The position numbers were made by a program, and so were the translations under genes. A DNA stretch of 64,000 nucleotides from Phoronis australis. Its lineage: Eukaryota > Animalia > Phoronida. The notes beneath the pieces were generated by a model. It saw only the letters and a list, made by a program, of their open reading frames with translations. It was not told where the DNA came from and ran no database searches. The stretch's first letter is position 1. The number at the start of each line of letters is the position of its first letter. Where the stretch lies: positions 392,828 through 456,827 of the forward strand of contig NMRA01000337.1 in the NCBI GenBank assembly GCA_002633005.1, in the 5' to 3' direction. Of this stretch, positions 51,561 to 64,000 are shown one piece after another.

Positions 51561-51976
51561 CTATCATTATAATTATGTAAATTACCCAATAAACTAACTA
51601 CCATGCTGTTCAAAACAATCATGTGAGAAAACTGTAGACAACTATCCTGTTGGACCAGATAATCTATCTACAACAGAAAAAGTTGAGAATTGGGACTGTG
51701 CGCTGGTTTATTCATATACACCTCTAGTTCACTGAACCACTACAGAGGGCGCCCATCACAACTCAGGTCACAGCTGCAGTGTTGATGTCACTCACCAGTC
51801 CATCTAAATCAGTTTAAAGACCTTTATGCAAGTGTTAAACTTAACCTTTTAGTGCATGAGTTTGATAAAACTATTGGACAGCTCAAGCTATTGGTACAAA
51901 TCAAAACGCCATTGTAGTAACAACAAGTACATTCAGTTGCACTACCACGGCCAAAAACAAATTAAATTATCAGTAC

Positions 51977-52169
51977 CTGTAGAAGAGAACATACGCCTCA
52001 CAGTTTTCAACCTGAGACGCTGGCACCATGCTGACAAGGCGGTCATCAAATTCATACCATTTTTCGTTGACATAGTTAAGCGCGTAGGCCGTGTAGTGAC
52101 CGCCTCCTGCCGTGCCGTGGTGGCAGATTACGGCTACAAGGTCATACATCGTGACCTGACCTTTGAAGT
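51977..52169 (-). CDS. USP20/USP33: USP20/33 exon (catalytic His box)
   Basis: [59 protein letters not shown]; tttcag / AG|gtactg. Confidence 0.96.
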
Positions 52170-52489
52170 CTGAAAGACAATTACTTATTTCATCAACACT
52201 GTCTATAAAATATTGTAAAGTACCACACAAATTCAGCAATGATTACTCAATACAGCGCTCCGTCAAACAACAATTCCGACAATACTGTGTGTCATTATTT
52301 GACCCGTAAACTTATTAAACAAATTAAGTGCGGCTTTTTGTTTAGTGCAGATGAGCAGGATTAGACCATATTGCCAACTGCCAAGAAAGTCAGAACACGA
52401 ACTAATCAATGGCATGAAAACATGGTCCCGTTATTTGAAATACAGTATAAGACTACCTGTCATGACAACCTATTCTGATGGGTATAACT

Positions 52490-52599
52490 TTCATATTGGA
52501 ACAAGATCTAGTTACAGACTGGCTTCATATTGGAGCAAGATCTAGTTACAGACTGCCTCCATATTGGAACAAGATCTAGTTACAGACTGGCTTCATATT
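52490..52599 (+). repeat. 34-bp tandem repeat x3
   Basis: TCATATTGGAACAAGATCTAGTTACAGACTGGCT. Confidence 0.9.
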
Positions 52600-53689
52600 C
52601 ATTGTTAGTCCTTCTCAGTCACCAGACTACTGTCATGATGAATTCAGTGTCTGTCCAGTCATCATAATAGGGAATTCTGGGATATTTTTTCTGAATACTT
52701 TTGTCTTGCACTGCACACAAGATAGGTCACATTTCTTACAGACAATTCAGGCACCTTGGGTGGCGAGTAATAGAAAACCTGTAAAACCACATTTGATTAA
52801 ATGTCCATGACAAAATGAGCAGTTTAACAACTCTTAGGACATGTACTGTACTAGCCCAGATTAGTGCATGTACTATAAAGTCGATCTTATTTAAATAGGG
52901 AAAATCTCATTTAGTCCCAAACTGGAATGTAACGTTACGCAAATGTAAAATATCCAAGTATTGTACTCAAAAATGACTTGACATGAAAGTCATTCACTCT
53001 CTAAACACCTTTCTGTTTTTATTTTGAAAAACAAATAAACGAACTTTTGTTAATTGGCAATTAAAAAAAAATGTGTGTAACGGTAACGCAAATTGTTTGC
53101 GTAACGTAACGCAAAAATGCGTAATATAACGCATGCGTGCGTCACGGTAACGGAAATATGCGTAATATCACGCAAATCTGCGTCATATCACGCAAACATG
53201 CGTCATATTACACGTTTTTTTTTCGTAATGTGACGCACTTTTTCGTATATTACCAATGTGTGCTGAACATGATGTAGCGATGAAATCTCGAATGTCCTTA
53301 CAAAGTCTCAGCAAGAATTAGTACACGCCGAACTATGGAGTATTTTATATCAGATGTGACAATTTGTTAGACATTCATGAAACTGGTCAATGAGAAATTA
53401 CCTGATGATATTCCTAAGTCCTCGAGAGCGTCCCGCTAAATTCGACTTAAAAATGTGAATTACAGGGTATTTGAGATGCTTAGTGACCTCACGATCTGAG
53501 CAAGATTTCACTCCTAAATGGCAGTCTGTATAGAACAGTTCCGTGTTTCTTGAGCCTGGAATAACTCGTGTTCACGTTCTTTGTATTTCATATTTTGAAT
53601 TTAGTTGATAGTTGTAAACTTCTTATAAAGCAATTACATTCTCTGCAAGAGTCTAACGGGGCCTGCGTCGGTAGTTTGAAAGCAGCCGT

Positions 53690-56600
53690 ACGGGACTCCT
53701 TTACTTTTTGATATTGGGCTGAAATCTGTGACAAAACAGTTCCCACTTGCCACATGAAGCACATTAGCAACTTCATATGAAGTCGGCAATTGGTTACTAG
53801 TTTAAATTATTACTGACTTGCAGTGTTTCTAGAGAACTCCGGGTAGTTTGCACTCAGCCGTTTGTGTAGATCGGTAACGCAACAATAACGAAAATACCGT
53901 AAGCTCCGATCTCCCGAAGGGTCTGAAATCTAGCCACGCAGTTTTAAGTTTCCCGTCCGTAGGAGAGTTAGCTCAACGCAAAACCGGTCTGCCGCATGTG
54001 GACAAGTTAGCTCAACGTTTATTTACTTAAAGCCGACCTTGAGAGAGTAACAGTAGTTTTTAAAGATCTCCGAACTTTGCATTCCTACAGAACGGTAATG
54101 CAACAAATCTCTCTTGCAGCTTAAATCAGATCACGCACATCTCCCGTTTGTCGCCTGCACAGAAATTAAGAACGTATTAAGAAGCCAACATTTTGTTACT
54201 CATTTAAAATATGACAGGCTTAAAGTATTGATCAAAAGAGCTTCCGAGTTAAACCCAAGTCTTTTTGCAGAATGGTAACGCAACAGTGATGAAAATAGGC
54301 ATACAAATCTAAAATGTGGCTGAAATCTGACATGGCAGCCTTGGTTTGCGGCATATAGAGAATTAAACACTTTGATATCAGGTCAGCATTGAGCTACTAA
54401 TTTAAATTATGACTGACCTAAAGTATTCATTAAAGAACTGCAAATTTGCGCACAGCCATTCGTGCAAAACGGTACGTAGCGCAACAATCGTGAAAATACA
54501 AATCTCCACTAATGCCCTCAAAACAACTCCCATTTACGCCTGCAGAGAAATTACAACTTATAAACAGTCGGTAATTAACTATTACGTAAGATGTGAATAA
54601 TAAGCAGTTATCTATCAAAAAACTCCTAAGTTCGCGATCACCATTTGTGCAGAACGGTAACGCAAAAACTACGAAAATAGTGATAGGCCTACAAATCTCC
54701 GGATGAAATCTGAAAACGTATTTGTCGAACGTATAGAAGTCAACAAATATATATAAAGTTGGCAATTAGCTACGGATATAAAATATGACATAGTATTCAT
54801 TAAGGAGCGAAGAAGTTCGTGCTCAGCCGTTTGTGCAGAACGGTAACGCAACAACGAAAATAGGCCACAATTCTCTCGTAAATCCGAAATCTGACCACGC
54901 AGATACGTTTGTCGCTTGTAGAGGAGTTAGTTCAACTTTTCTTGAAGTCCACCATTATGAGTAAGTCGCAGTAGTTATTAAATCTCCAAACCTCGCATTC
55001 TTGCACAACGGCGCGTACCAATGACGAAAATAGGCAACTACCGTGACAAATATCCCGTGGGGCTGAAATCCGACCACGCAGCTTCGGTAGAGAAATTGTC
55101 AGCATATATATATATAAAGTCAGCATTTAGCTATTAGTATAAAGCACGATTGACTTAAAATGTTGAACAAAAGAACTCCCGAATTCACAATCAGCCATTC
55201 GTACTGAACGGTAACGCAACAAGCAGCAAATCTCCCGTGCGGCTGAAATCCGACCACTCCAGCTCTCCTTTGTCGCATGTATAGACATTGATAACTTTAT
55301 AAGTCAGCAATTAGCCACTGATTTAAAATATGACTGACTTGCAGTATTTACTTCACTATTTCGTGCTCAGTCATTTGGGCAGAACGGTAACGCAAAAATT
55401 ATGAATATAGGCTACACTATGAAATCTCTTGTGGGGTCTGAAATCTGAAAATGTAGATACGTTTGCTGCCTGTAGAAAAATAGTTCAACTTAACTTGCAG
55501 TACACCAAAATCTATGAATTTGAAATATACTGTCATTCTTGCACATCAGTTATGCAATAATCGGGAAAATAAACACAGAAATCTTCGATGTGACTGAAAT
55601 CTGACCAAACAGCCCCATTTGCAGCCTGTAGAGAAATTAAACAGCTTATGAAGTCGGCATTGAGAAACTAGTTTAATTGATTAAAGAACTCCAAATTATC
55701 GCTCAGCCATTCATTCTGAGCAGTGAGGCAACAATAACATCGACTGCAAATCTACTGTGCGACTGAAACCTGGCCACACAGCTATGCAAGTTCTCGTGAA
55801 TACTGAAAAAATTGAATCTTGTACTGGAATTTGAAATAAAACTGTCTAGAGCTAGCGAAGTTTGTAAGTTGAATTTCAAATTCCAGTATTTTCTCAGCTG
55901 GATGTCTCAAACTTTTCATTCTTTTATCTTCTCGTGAATTTCCCGTACTGTTGAAATATGAAATCGCAGCCCCGCATGTAGTGTAATTCACAACTCACAA
56001 AAAGTATGCAATTAACTACTAATCCTGACTGACAAGCAGTATTTTTCAAGGAACTATCTATTTCGCGATCAGCCATTTCTGCAGACCAACAACCCCACAA
56101 TCACGACAACACACTACAAACCCCATTTTCGACTGAAATCTTACCACACAGCTCCCTGCAGAGAAATTAACAACTTCATACGAAGTCAGCATTTATCTAC
56201 TAATTTAAAATATGTCTGCTCGTAGGGATTGTTAAAAGACCCCCCTCGATCCCCACACTCTTCGACTCACAAGTCAACCCCCTCGATCCACAATCCCCTC
56301 GACCTGCGACCTTCTCGACCCACGACCAAGACAGGTATTTTTACGTTTTTCTACATATTTCATAATCTTGTTGCGTTGGTGAGTGACTTTCCTCGAAGAC
56401 ATAACTGCCGTCATGTGGTTGAACAGAGAGGTCGACGATCATTGGCATTGGAGATTTTTGCGAAAATAAAAGCAAAATAAAGCACATTCACGTAACAAAT
56501 CGAATACTTTTCTGAAAATGCTCCGAGCAGCTGTTGAAGTGTTGTCTGAGATAAAATCAGTTGAACTCTCAGTGGAAGGTTGGGCATTTTTCGAATGATT

Positions 56601-57570
56601 CCTGCTTCATTGTCGACGATTCTATCTCTTCATTGTAATTACTCAGTGTCAGGTACAGAACTGTCGTTCAAGGCGTTTAATGTATTTTACCCTTTTTGAA
56701 AAATAATCTGTCATGGACGGCCCATGGGGCTATAGTCCCCCACTTATTTCAGTGCTACACAGTCCATGTCTTGATAAATTGAATTTTGAGTTTTGTTGCA
56801 TAACACGTTGTTACAATGGACGAACACATTAGTGTACTCTCTGACTCCTCACAGCAGGTCTCGTGCAGACACAGCGCGTGACAGCTCGCGTGCCAACTTT
56901 CCCAGGCAGCTGTAGTCGAGCTCTGATTCGCCAAACTGAAAAACAGTTCGTGATTACTATTATTATGTACGCCTTTTTATGGTGCATTTGAAACGGTGTC
57001 TGTACGCTGTTGGTTGCCAGTGTGACGGCTTGTACGGCTGTACAGACCCAACGAAGCCCAAGGTACGCGAGCCGATAACCTGACGGAGCCAAATCTGGCT
57101 ATGGATAATGTAAGTGGTGGGTCGATGGTCGTGGGTCGAGGGGGTCGTGGAAGTTGTGGGTCGAGGGGGTTTCAGAACAGTCCTGCAGTGCGTGTAGTAT
57201 TTATTCAAGAACTCACATGATAGCGCTCCAAAATTTCTTGCCGCCGATAACGCAATAACTACTAAAAAATAGGCTACCAACCTTTCGTACGGCTGAAATC
57301 TGACCACACAGCTCCCGTTTGTCGTAAATAGAGAAGTTTATATCAAAAGTCGCTGCTAATGAAAAATGACTTGACTGGCAGTATTCATTAAAGAACTCAC
57401 GCTTGAGTCATTTGTGCAGAGCGGTAACGCAACTAACAAGAAAATAGACAGATTCTCACGTACGGCTGAAATCTAATCACGCTGCTCGCGTTTGTCGCAT
57501 TTAGAGAAATTAAAGACTTTATAAAGTAATTAACTACTTTTTGAAAAATGACTGACTGGCAGTATGGAAC
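53690..57570 (+). repeat. Diverged satellite-like array, ~180-190-bp unit, about 15 copies
   Basis: Recurring CAGAACGGTAACGCAAC, GCTGAAATCTGACCAC, TGTAGAGAAATTAA, AAGTCAGCA motifs (e.g. ~53872, 54091, 54272, 54655, 54841, 55208, 55385, 57421). Confidence 0.85.
56226..57183. mobile_element. TIR element with inverted subterminal (CTCGACCCACGAC)n repeats, inserted in the satellite
   Basis: GGATTGTT..AGACCCCCCTCGA vs TCGAGGGGGTTTCAGAACAGTCC; TSD unclear. Confidence 0.6.
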
Positions 57571-60500
57571 TCCGTGTTTGCGATTTTTTATTGATGCGGT
57601 ACAAATCCATTATTATTTTAAAATATGTGTAACTGCTAGTATTGGGCCAAGGTCTCTCTCAAGTTGCCATAAACGCATCACACGCAAAACTGAAAATGAC
57701 AGAAATGAGCTCATTCTTCAAAGCTGCCGGAATCATAATGCAACTGAACGCTGAATGATCTAAAAATGAGACCACAGTGATCAGAGGTCTGACCAAGCTG
57801 CAGCCGTTTTCAAGTAAAGTGTGTTTACGTTGATTCTTAGTACACTCTAAAAATTCGTGCGAGCCTTAAAAATGCCCTAAGAACATTCTAGTGATCCTTA
57901 CATATCAACGGCCGGCGACAATAATTCGTACTCGCGCAGTAGATGAAAGAGCATGCCTCTCGACGAAAAAACTAATGCGTGCGGATTGTTTTTATTTCCA
58001 AATGAATCGATCGAAAGTTTAGAATGGTGCTCAGATTAAGCGATGTTCGGAAACTTGTGAAAAGCTAGGCCGTCGGCCTTAGTGATTGACGCATGTTTCG
58101 AATTTTAGAAGGATACTTAAAGACTTAGTTTGACACCAAAACAACTGTATTTCATCAACACGAAAACCACTGCATAAATCTGTCGCACAGGGCAGTTCTT
58201 GTCCACACAGCGTGGTTAATTATGAAAGCCCAGCAGTAATGACTGCTTTAACTTGTGTAGTGGCCAGAAAAGCCGAGAATATGTGCCTTTTCAGCATTTA
58301 AGAGTAAATTGGAACTCCCACTCCATGTGTGGCACTGAATGGTGAATGGTAACCAAGACCCTCTTGTACGGGCTTGCCGCTGACCTCACACGAATGCTGG
58401 CGGCCGTAGTGGAGGTCATCAGAATTCGCGAACCGAGTTTATCTCCTAATCGCTTACAGTTTAATCCAGTCTATTCTTGAGTATTAGTCGACGTTAAGTG
58501 GCATCCCACGAGTCACAGATATTTGGGACAAATAATGCTCTGCATTGTGACCTTCGTCCACCCTCAAAAGCTCGGAATAAATAATATACGAATTAATAAA
58601 TATATTTGTACAGAATTAAGAATTGTGATATGTTCCATAATGAATTCTGAGGTTGCAATATGAACAATTTTGCTCATTGTCTAAATTCCTGTGCCCCCAA
58701 GTTGGGGTAGCTTACTGCAAATAGAAGCATGTAGTGGTTGTATTTACGTTTCGTCTTCCCCCTTAGATTTATGGCAGTGATAAGCCGTCTGCTGTCTGAG
58801 AGTGGAATGTACATGAGCATTCGGTTTTTCACTACTGTTGCAGTTTTCTCTTTCATTTTGAAAATTAATCGTAAATTAGCACAATGGTGCTTTTGGTCAA
58901 AATCATATTTTCCAAAGATACATTTAGGCCTACATGTCCATAAATTTGTTCCATTGTAGTTCAGCACTGCCTGTGGCCTGGCACAGATGGTGTCATCACA
59001 CTGGGTCGAGTTTCCAGTTGTATAAACAAACATCAGTCACAGTATTAGAAAGTTTCTAACGAGTTATGAATGCACAGATGTTCATTTTTCAAAACTTACA
59101 GCACTTTTTAGCAGACTAGTCTTGCCTGACCTTCTTATTTGACAAAAATGTTTTGATTAATTGGTGCGAAAACACAGTTCGAAGCACTACTTCAAAAATT
59201 CCCCCAGGCTGTTAAAAGAAACGAGTGTCTGACCTCCACGTGAAAGCGCTCTGCACAAACTTTTCATGCAGTCGAGGAAACCAAGACTTTATACAACTGT
59301 GTAAACAGCATCCTTAGTTATTAAACGGGCAGTTCATCTACAAACCCAAAATTTTTTCTCTCGATATTTAATTGTTTTAAAACCAATTAAAAAGCTTACA
59401 GTATTTCTTGGTCAATTACGAAAACACAAAGTATAATCATTCCAGCAAGATTACATCATCCGGCAACATGGTGTCATTTCGACATTGATGTTATTCAGCA
59501 TTTTCAATGTCATGGTTATATTTGTCTTAATACTATGACATCTAATTTTAAAACCACCGCGCTTCTGTATCTTTTGAATAAATCGAAATAGACGCGGGAT
59601 CAAACACGCACCCTGACATTCACTTCGGAATGGACCAGACGCCAAGCGGCAGCCATCGCTCCATAGATTGTCGATTAATGAAAAACAGCTTTGTGTTTTC
59701 TGGCACCTGGTTCCTAGCTCCCAAGTCCTAAGATAAAAACCTGAGACAACGTGAAACGCGAACTTAGTCAACTAGAGCATGTCTTGCCATACATATTATC
59801 AGTTCGCCGCCGTTACATTTACACTAGTCAGTTTTTCATATATTTAAGTTTATATTCGTAACAAAATCTACTCGATATTACGACCTTTGTTATTATCTCA
59901 GTGTGGAGTGCATTTTTGACGTCACAGGGACTTGCCAAAGTTATACTAAAAACAAGCGTAATAGGTGTATTTTGGAAAATACATTCTTCCAACGGGAGCC
60001 AGATTGTATCAAAGTGCGCAGCCACAGTCTTAGCAAGTGGAAAAGACCACCTACCTGGACGACACCCAGACAACTGGTAACTCGAAATCGGCATTGACGT
60101 ACAAGAAGCCGGGGACGCAAATCAGTGATGACTAGGGGAGGGCTGTGACGCCCATGAGACGGTTTGTAACTGGTGATGATCTGAGGGGGTGTTATCTTCC
60201 ACCCCGGTTGACAACAACCCAAGTTACACTTAACGGGATACTTTGTCGATAAAAGATTTCACTGGGAATCCCGCTGTAGTGTGTATTTATTTATTATAGT
60301 GACATAAGGGTACCAGTAAATACAATATCAAAGACAGATTATTCACCACACCCCCCAGCCTCAATGGGCTTACTCAGTCACCTAATAATATTTAAATCAT
60401 TACATAACAAATTGCACAAGCTCAAATATGACCACTTCAGACTAGTTTATAAACAAACAATTACTTCTAACCTGCAAAGCGTCGCTGTATGTTATACTCA

Positions 60501-63500
60501 GTTGTTAAAAAATCTAATGTATATATGTAAGCAAACGCAGATCTGCTAGACTACCTCGCTTACGTGAAGGCCGATTATTCCTGATATGAGAAGCTCCTGA
60601 CTGGCATGAAGGGACACTTTTTGATCGTCATTTGTGCACGTGCCAACTAGGAACAGTTGCTCGCGATGCGCTTTACACACAAACTGGTTGTTAGCGGGGG
60701 CAATTATGTACGAATCGCTTTATTAGTTTTTAACAGAAACCGCAATGGAACAGAAAACAGACGTGCAGGTACCTCACCTTTGTGCAGCAGGCTCGTAGCC
60801 ACTGGGGGGAGGTTCGGGAAGTTCGATGGAATCCCCTCGTGGAAAAAATTCGGCCCTAGCGTATCCGTTACGCATTGCATATAGATGAAAAACATCAACA
60901 ATTTTTTGTAGTTATTACAGGTACTACTATTATAATTATGAAATTGGTAATAATTTCAAATTTGGTTCTGCAAATCAAAGCGCTATATGGAGCCGTATAG
61001 TTCCCGGCCAACTTTGCTAAGTGGTCATGTGTTTGTGTACTGGATAACAGGTTCGGTTCCTGCAGACGACGATTAGAAGACACTTTATGTTAGTGAGTCA
61101 TTAAACCCACCGACTACCACGTTGAACGTGCGTAGTGACGGTGCCAGCTATTTCAGCAACGAGAGGTGTCAAAGTAATATGTCCATCGCTTAAAAATGGA
61201 TAAACCAACAAAACAGCAGAACATAAGTTTGTTATCTGATTTTTCGGTATAGTTGCCAGCCGAGGCTTTTTGATTTTCGAATTGAAGGTGATCGTCGAAT
61301 ACACTGTATGTTGATCATCCAGAGCACGCTTTGGTTGTGGATTGGTTAGTAAATTGACATGCATGTGACGTATGCCTTTTCATTATTTCAATACAGCACA
61401 CAAAACTTCAAGAAGCAGTCCTCTATCGTTGTTAAAAAGCCGACGTTTTACTACCGTGTATTCTTGCACTGAGAAAATTCCACCTTGTGGGAGGACTAGC
61501 ATGTCCATATTATTTGGTAAAAGCAGGTTTAGACCTAATGAAATCTTTAGTCAATGAAGAAAAGTGTTCTCTTGTGTACACAACCTCGCAGAGCAGCTGA
61601 AATTTGATGCCGGGAAGAGATTTACAAGGTTTCAGGTATCATTATTACTCTTAGTGTTAAACCATGTCACATCCGACAGTTTAGCGGAACTGACACCCAC
61701 AAAGTATTTGTATTCATTTAGCATCCGTTATGATGCGCAAACGTTGAATAGTTCTTAAAACATTAATTGCACTGTTCGCAAACGACCTCAGTTCCAGTCA
61801 CTCACAATCGTGACCTTTGAATCTAAAACGACTCGTTTTTAAACAGAGACAACATGCCGGGCACGAGGATTATTTATTTTATTTTTGCTTTGCGGCGACT
61901 TACATGTACGGGCGGCTTTAAATTTCGGAAGACTGGGTGTCATTGACTGTGAAGACTGGCAAGGATAGGGTTATCTACTGCATTTAGTTCCGACCCGGTC
62001 ATGCGCGCGTTTCCTATTCGGTGGATGACTGAAGCGCAGGAGATAGACTTTTTAGTCGCGCTGTGAAACAATGCGATCTTGACATGGAGGTTAATAATTC
62101 ATCAGTATTCCAACTTTATGTTTCCAAAATGCAAGTACGCATTCACTTTTTCATATTCATAAGAAATGCTTTGGAGCCCATTTTCGCAAGCGCAAGAAAC
62201 CCAAACAGTTAAAGTATTCTCGGTATACTAGGTACGCCACTACGTCTAAACCGAAATGTGTATTTTTGTATATCATGATGTGGAAGTATAAAAAATTATT
62301 CCTCAGTCTGAAATTTCATACATTTTCAGGGTAGTGCACCTTCATAGTGAACCTTTGGAGCAATGGGTTCGAAGAAGTGGGTTCTTATCCTTTCCAACGC
62401 TATGAGCATTAAGTAACCTGACAAAAATTTCTTCAATTCATTCTCTCGTCCTATGATGTGATGGAGTGTAATTACTCATTTCTAAAAGCACGCATGGTTC
62501 GAAAGTTTGGCAGTTACTAACGCTCAGTAATCTAAAGAGAACTTTGCAGATTGCAGTACATCCGAATTTGGTCGACGTTTGGGAAATATGATCAAAGGGT
62601 ACAGCGTTTAATAAATTGGAACTACCCTGCGTGCAATGCTGACTGATTGGGCAGATAACAGCAATGTTTACTTTCCGCCAATTGCCAATTGCGCGGAATA
62701 GACCATCAACCAAGAACCATAATGTCCAATCTGGGACGTAAGGAGTATGAATTTTTACCCGATTCCTGCGTTTTACCTGGAAGATTGGCGCCAGGAGCAC
62801 CAGGAGAGATGACAACGAGGATTGGTGGAAATAATTAAAACGGGGCTCAGTATCTTCTTAACAAATTTAAATATGTACTCGGTCTGTTTTTGTTATTGTT
62901 TATTGCCTTAGAAAATGCGTCTTTGTTTTTATCTCAATGTGGAGTACAATTTTTTGATGTCATAAATATTTGGAAGCTCAGCCGATTCTACTAAAGGTCG
63001 ATAAGGCAACGAACAGTTGTAAATATTAGGCAAACTTTACATATAGTATACCTAGGTGACCAGCAGAACACAAGGTTGCTTGCGTTTGCGGAGTCAAAGG
63101 AAAACTGATACTTTTGGCACACTTTTCTCGATATTTTGTTGTCCCTCAGGAATGCACACTATGCCGAAATTGAGTCTTATATCAAATCAAATTCCGGATA
63201 ATGACAAGTGGTGCAAAATCATATCTCAATTGTCCACCATTAAAACGGAATGAAACGGTAACTAAAAAGTAACGAAAAATTGGTAAAACGAAACGGCACC
63301 AGTAAGCAACTCAACAGAACTGAAACACTTACCTCTTGCCAAAGGTAAATGATAACAGAAACGACCCACTTTTGTAAAACAAGCGTTAGAAGTGTTTAAG
63401 AAGCTCGATGTTAGTCAAAGAAATAAATTCATAAAAGCATGGAAGTTTTGAGACCTTCACTTTTGGTAGCAAAGTACAGAAAAATAAGTCAATTACTAGA

Positions 63501-64000
63501 ATTTACTTGCTTGAGTTAGCGAGGCTGTGTCCTTCTTTCACGCTACGTCGCCAAGTCAAGTAAACAAATTCCAGCATCTCACTTAATTTTCTGCCTTTTG
63601 AACAAAATCCATGTTATTGAAATACCCATTACTTATTGTAGCTTACAAAGGAAAATTTGAGAATGCAGTTCGACAAATAAACGCCTGAGTCTCCACGCAG
63701 AGGGTCGTTTTCGTTAAAGAAGGCGCAGCACCTGACTGGGACATAGAAAATGTGAAGTTAATTCACCAAAACACCACATTTCTCACTTTTAAAACGCTAT
63801 ACTAACAAGAACGTAGAATAAGCTACTATAGTAATACAATCAATTGGGCTCGTACCAAGAAACTGGCTTCAGTTCATTTATGATTTAATTCTAAGATATG
63901 TCACAACTTCCAAACTTTGAAAATTCCACTTCCGGTTAGCTGAACTTAAGACAAAACTTAAAGTATAAAACCCAAGTCAAGGTTAAGATGATTTTCTAGT

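Overview
AT-rich, repeat-dense eukaryotic (invertebrate-type) draft-assembly DNA with several N gaps. It holds two intron-rich protein-coding genes, both on the minus strand. (1) A T-type voltage-gated Ca2+ channel alpha-1 (Cav3, CACNA1G/H/I family): nine phase-consistent exons from 15809 down to 184, covering IS3-S4 to IIS5, the domain I pore (SLEGW) and the I-II gating brake; the gene continues past the left edge and its first three coding exons were not found. (2) The 3' part of a USP20/USP33 deubiquitinase: six visible exons from 52169 to the stop at 40105, with one further exon probably in the 41553-42083 gap. The rest is minisatellites and non-autonomous transposons: Kolobok-like TTAA elements, a hAT-like element with a 5-bp TSD, an ISL2EU-like element with a THAP remnant, TA-targeting elements, Helentron-type HINEs, and a Penelope-like inverted repeat with hammerhead cores. 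The most notable observations are in-frame tandem amplification of splice-donor junctions (seen directly in Cav3, inferred in USP20/33) and HINE internal arrays whose most conserved motif matches the CTCF consensus. All calls were made by eye; no searches were run.
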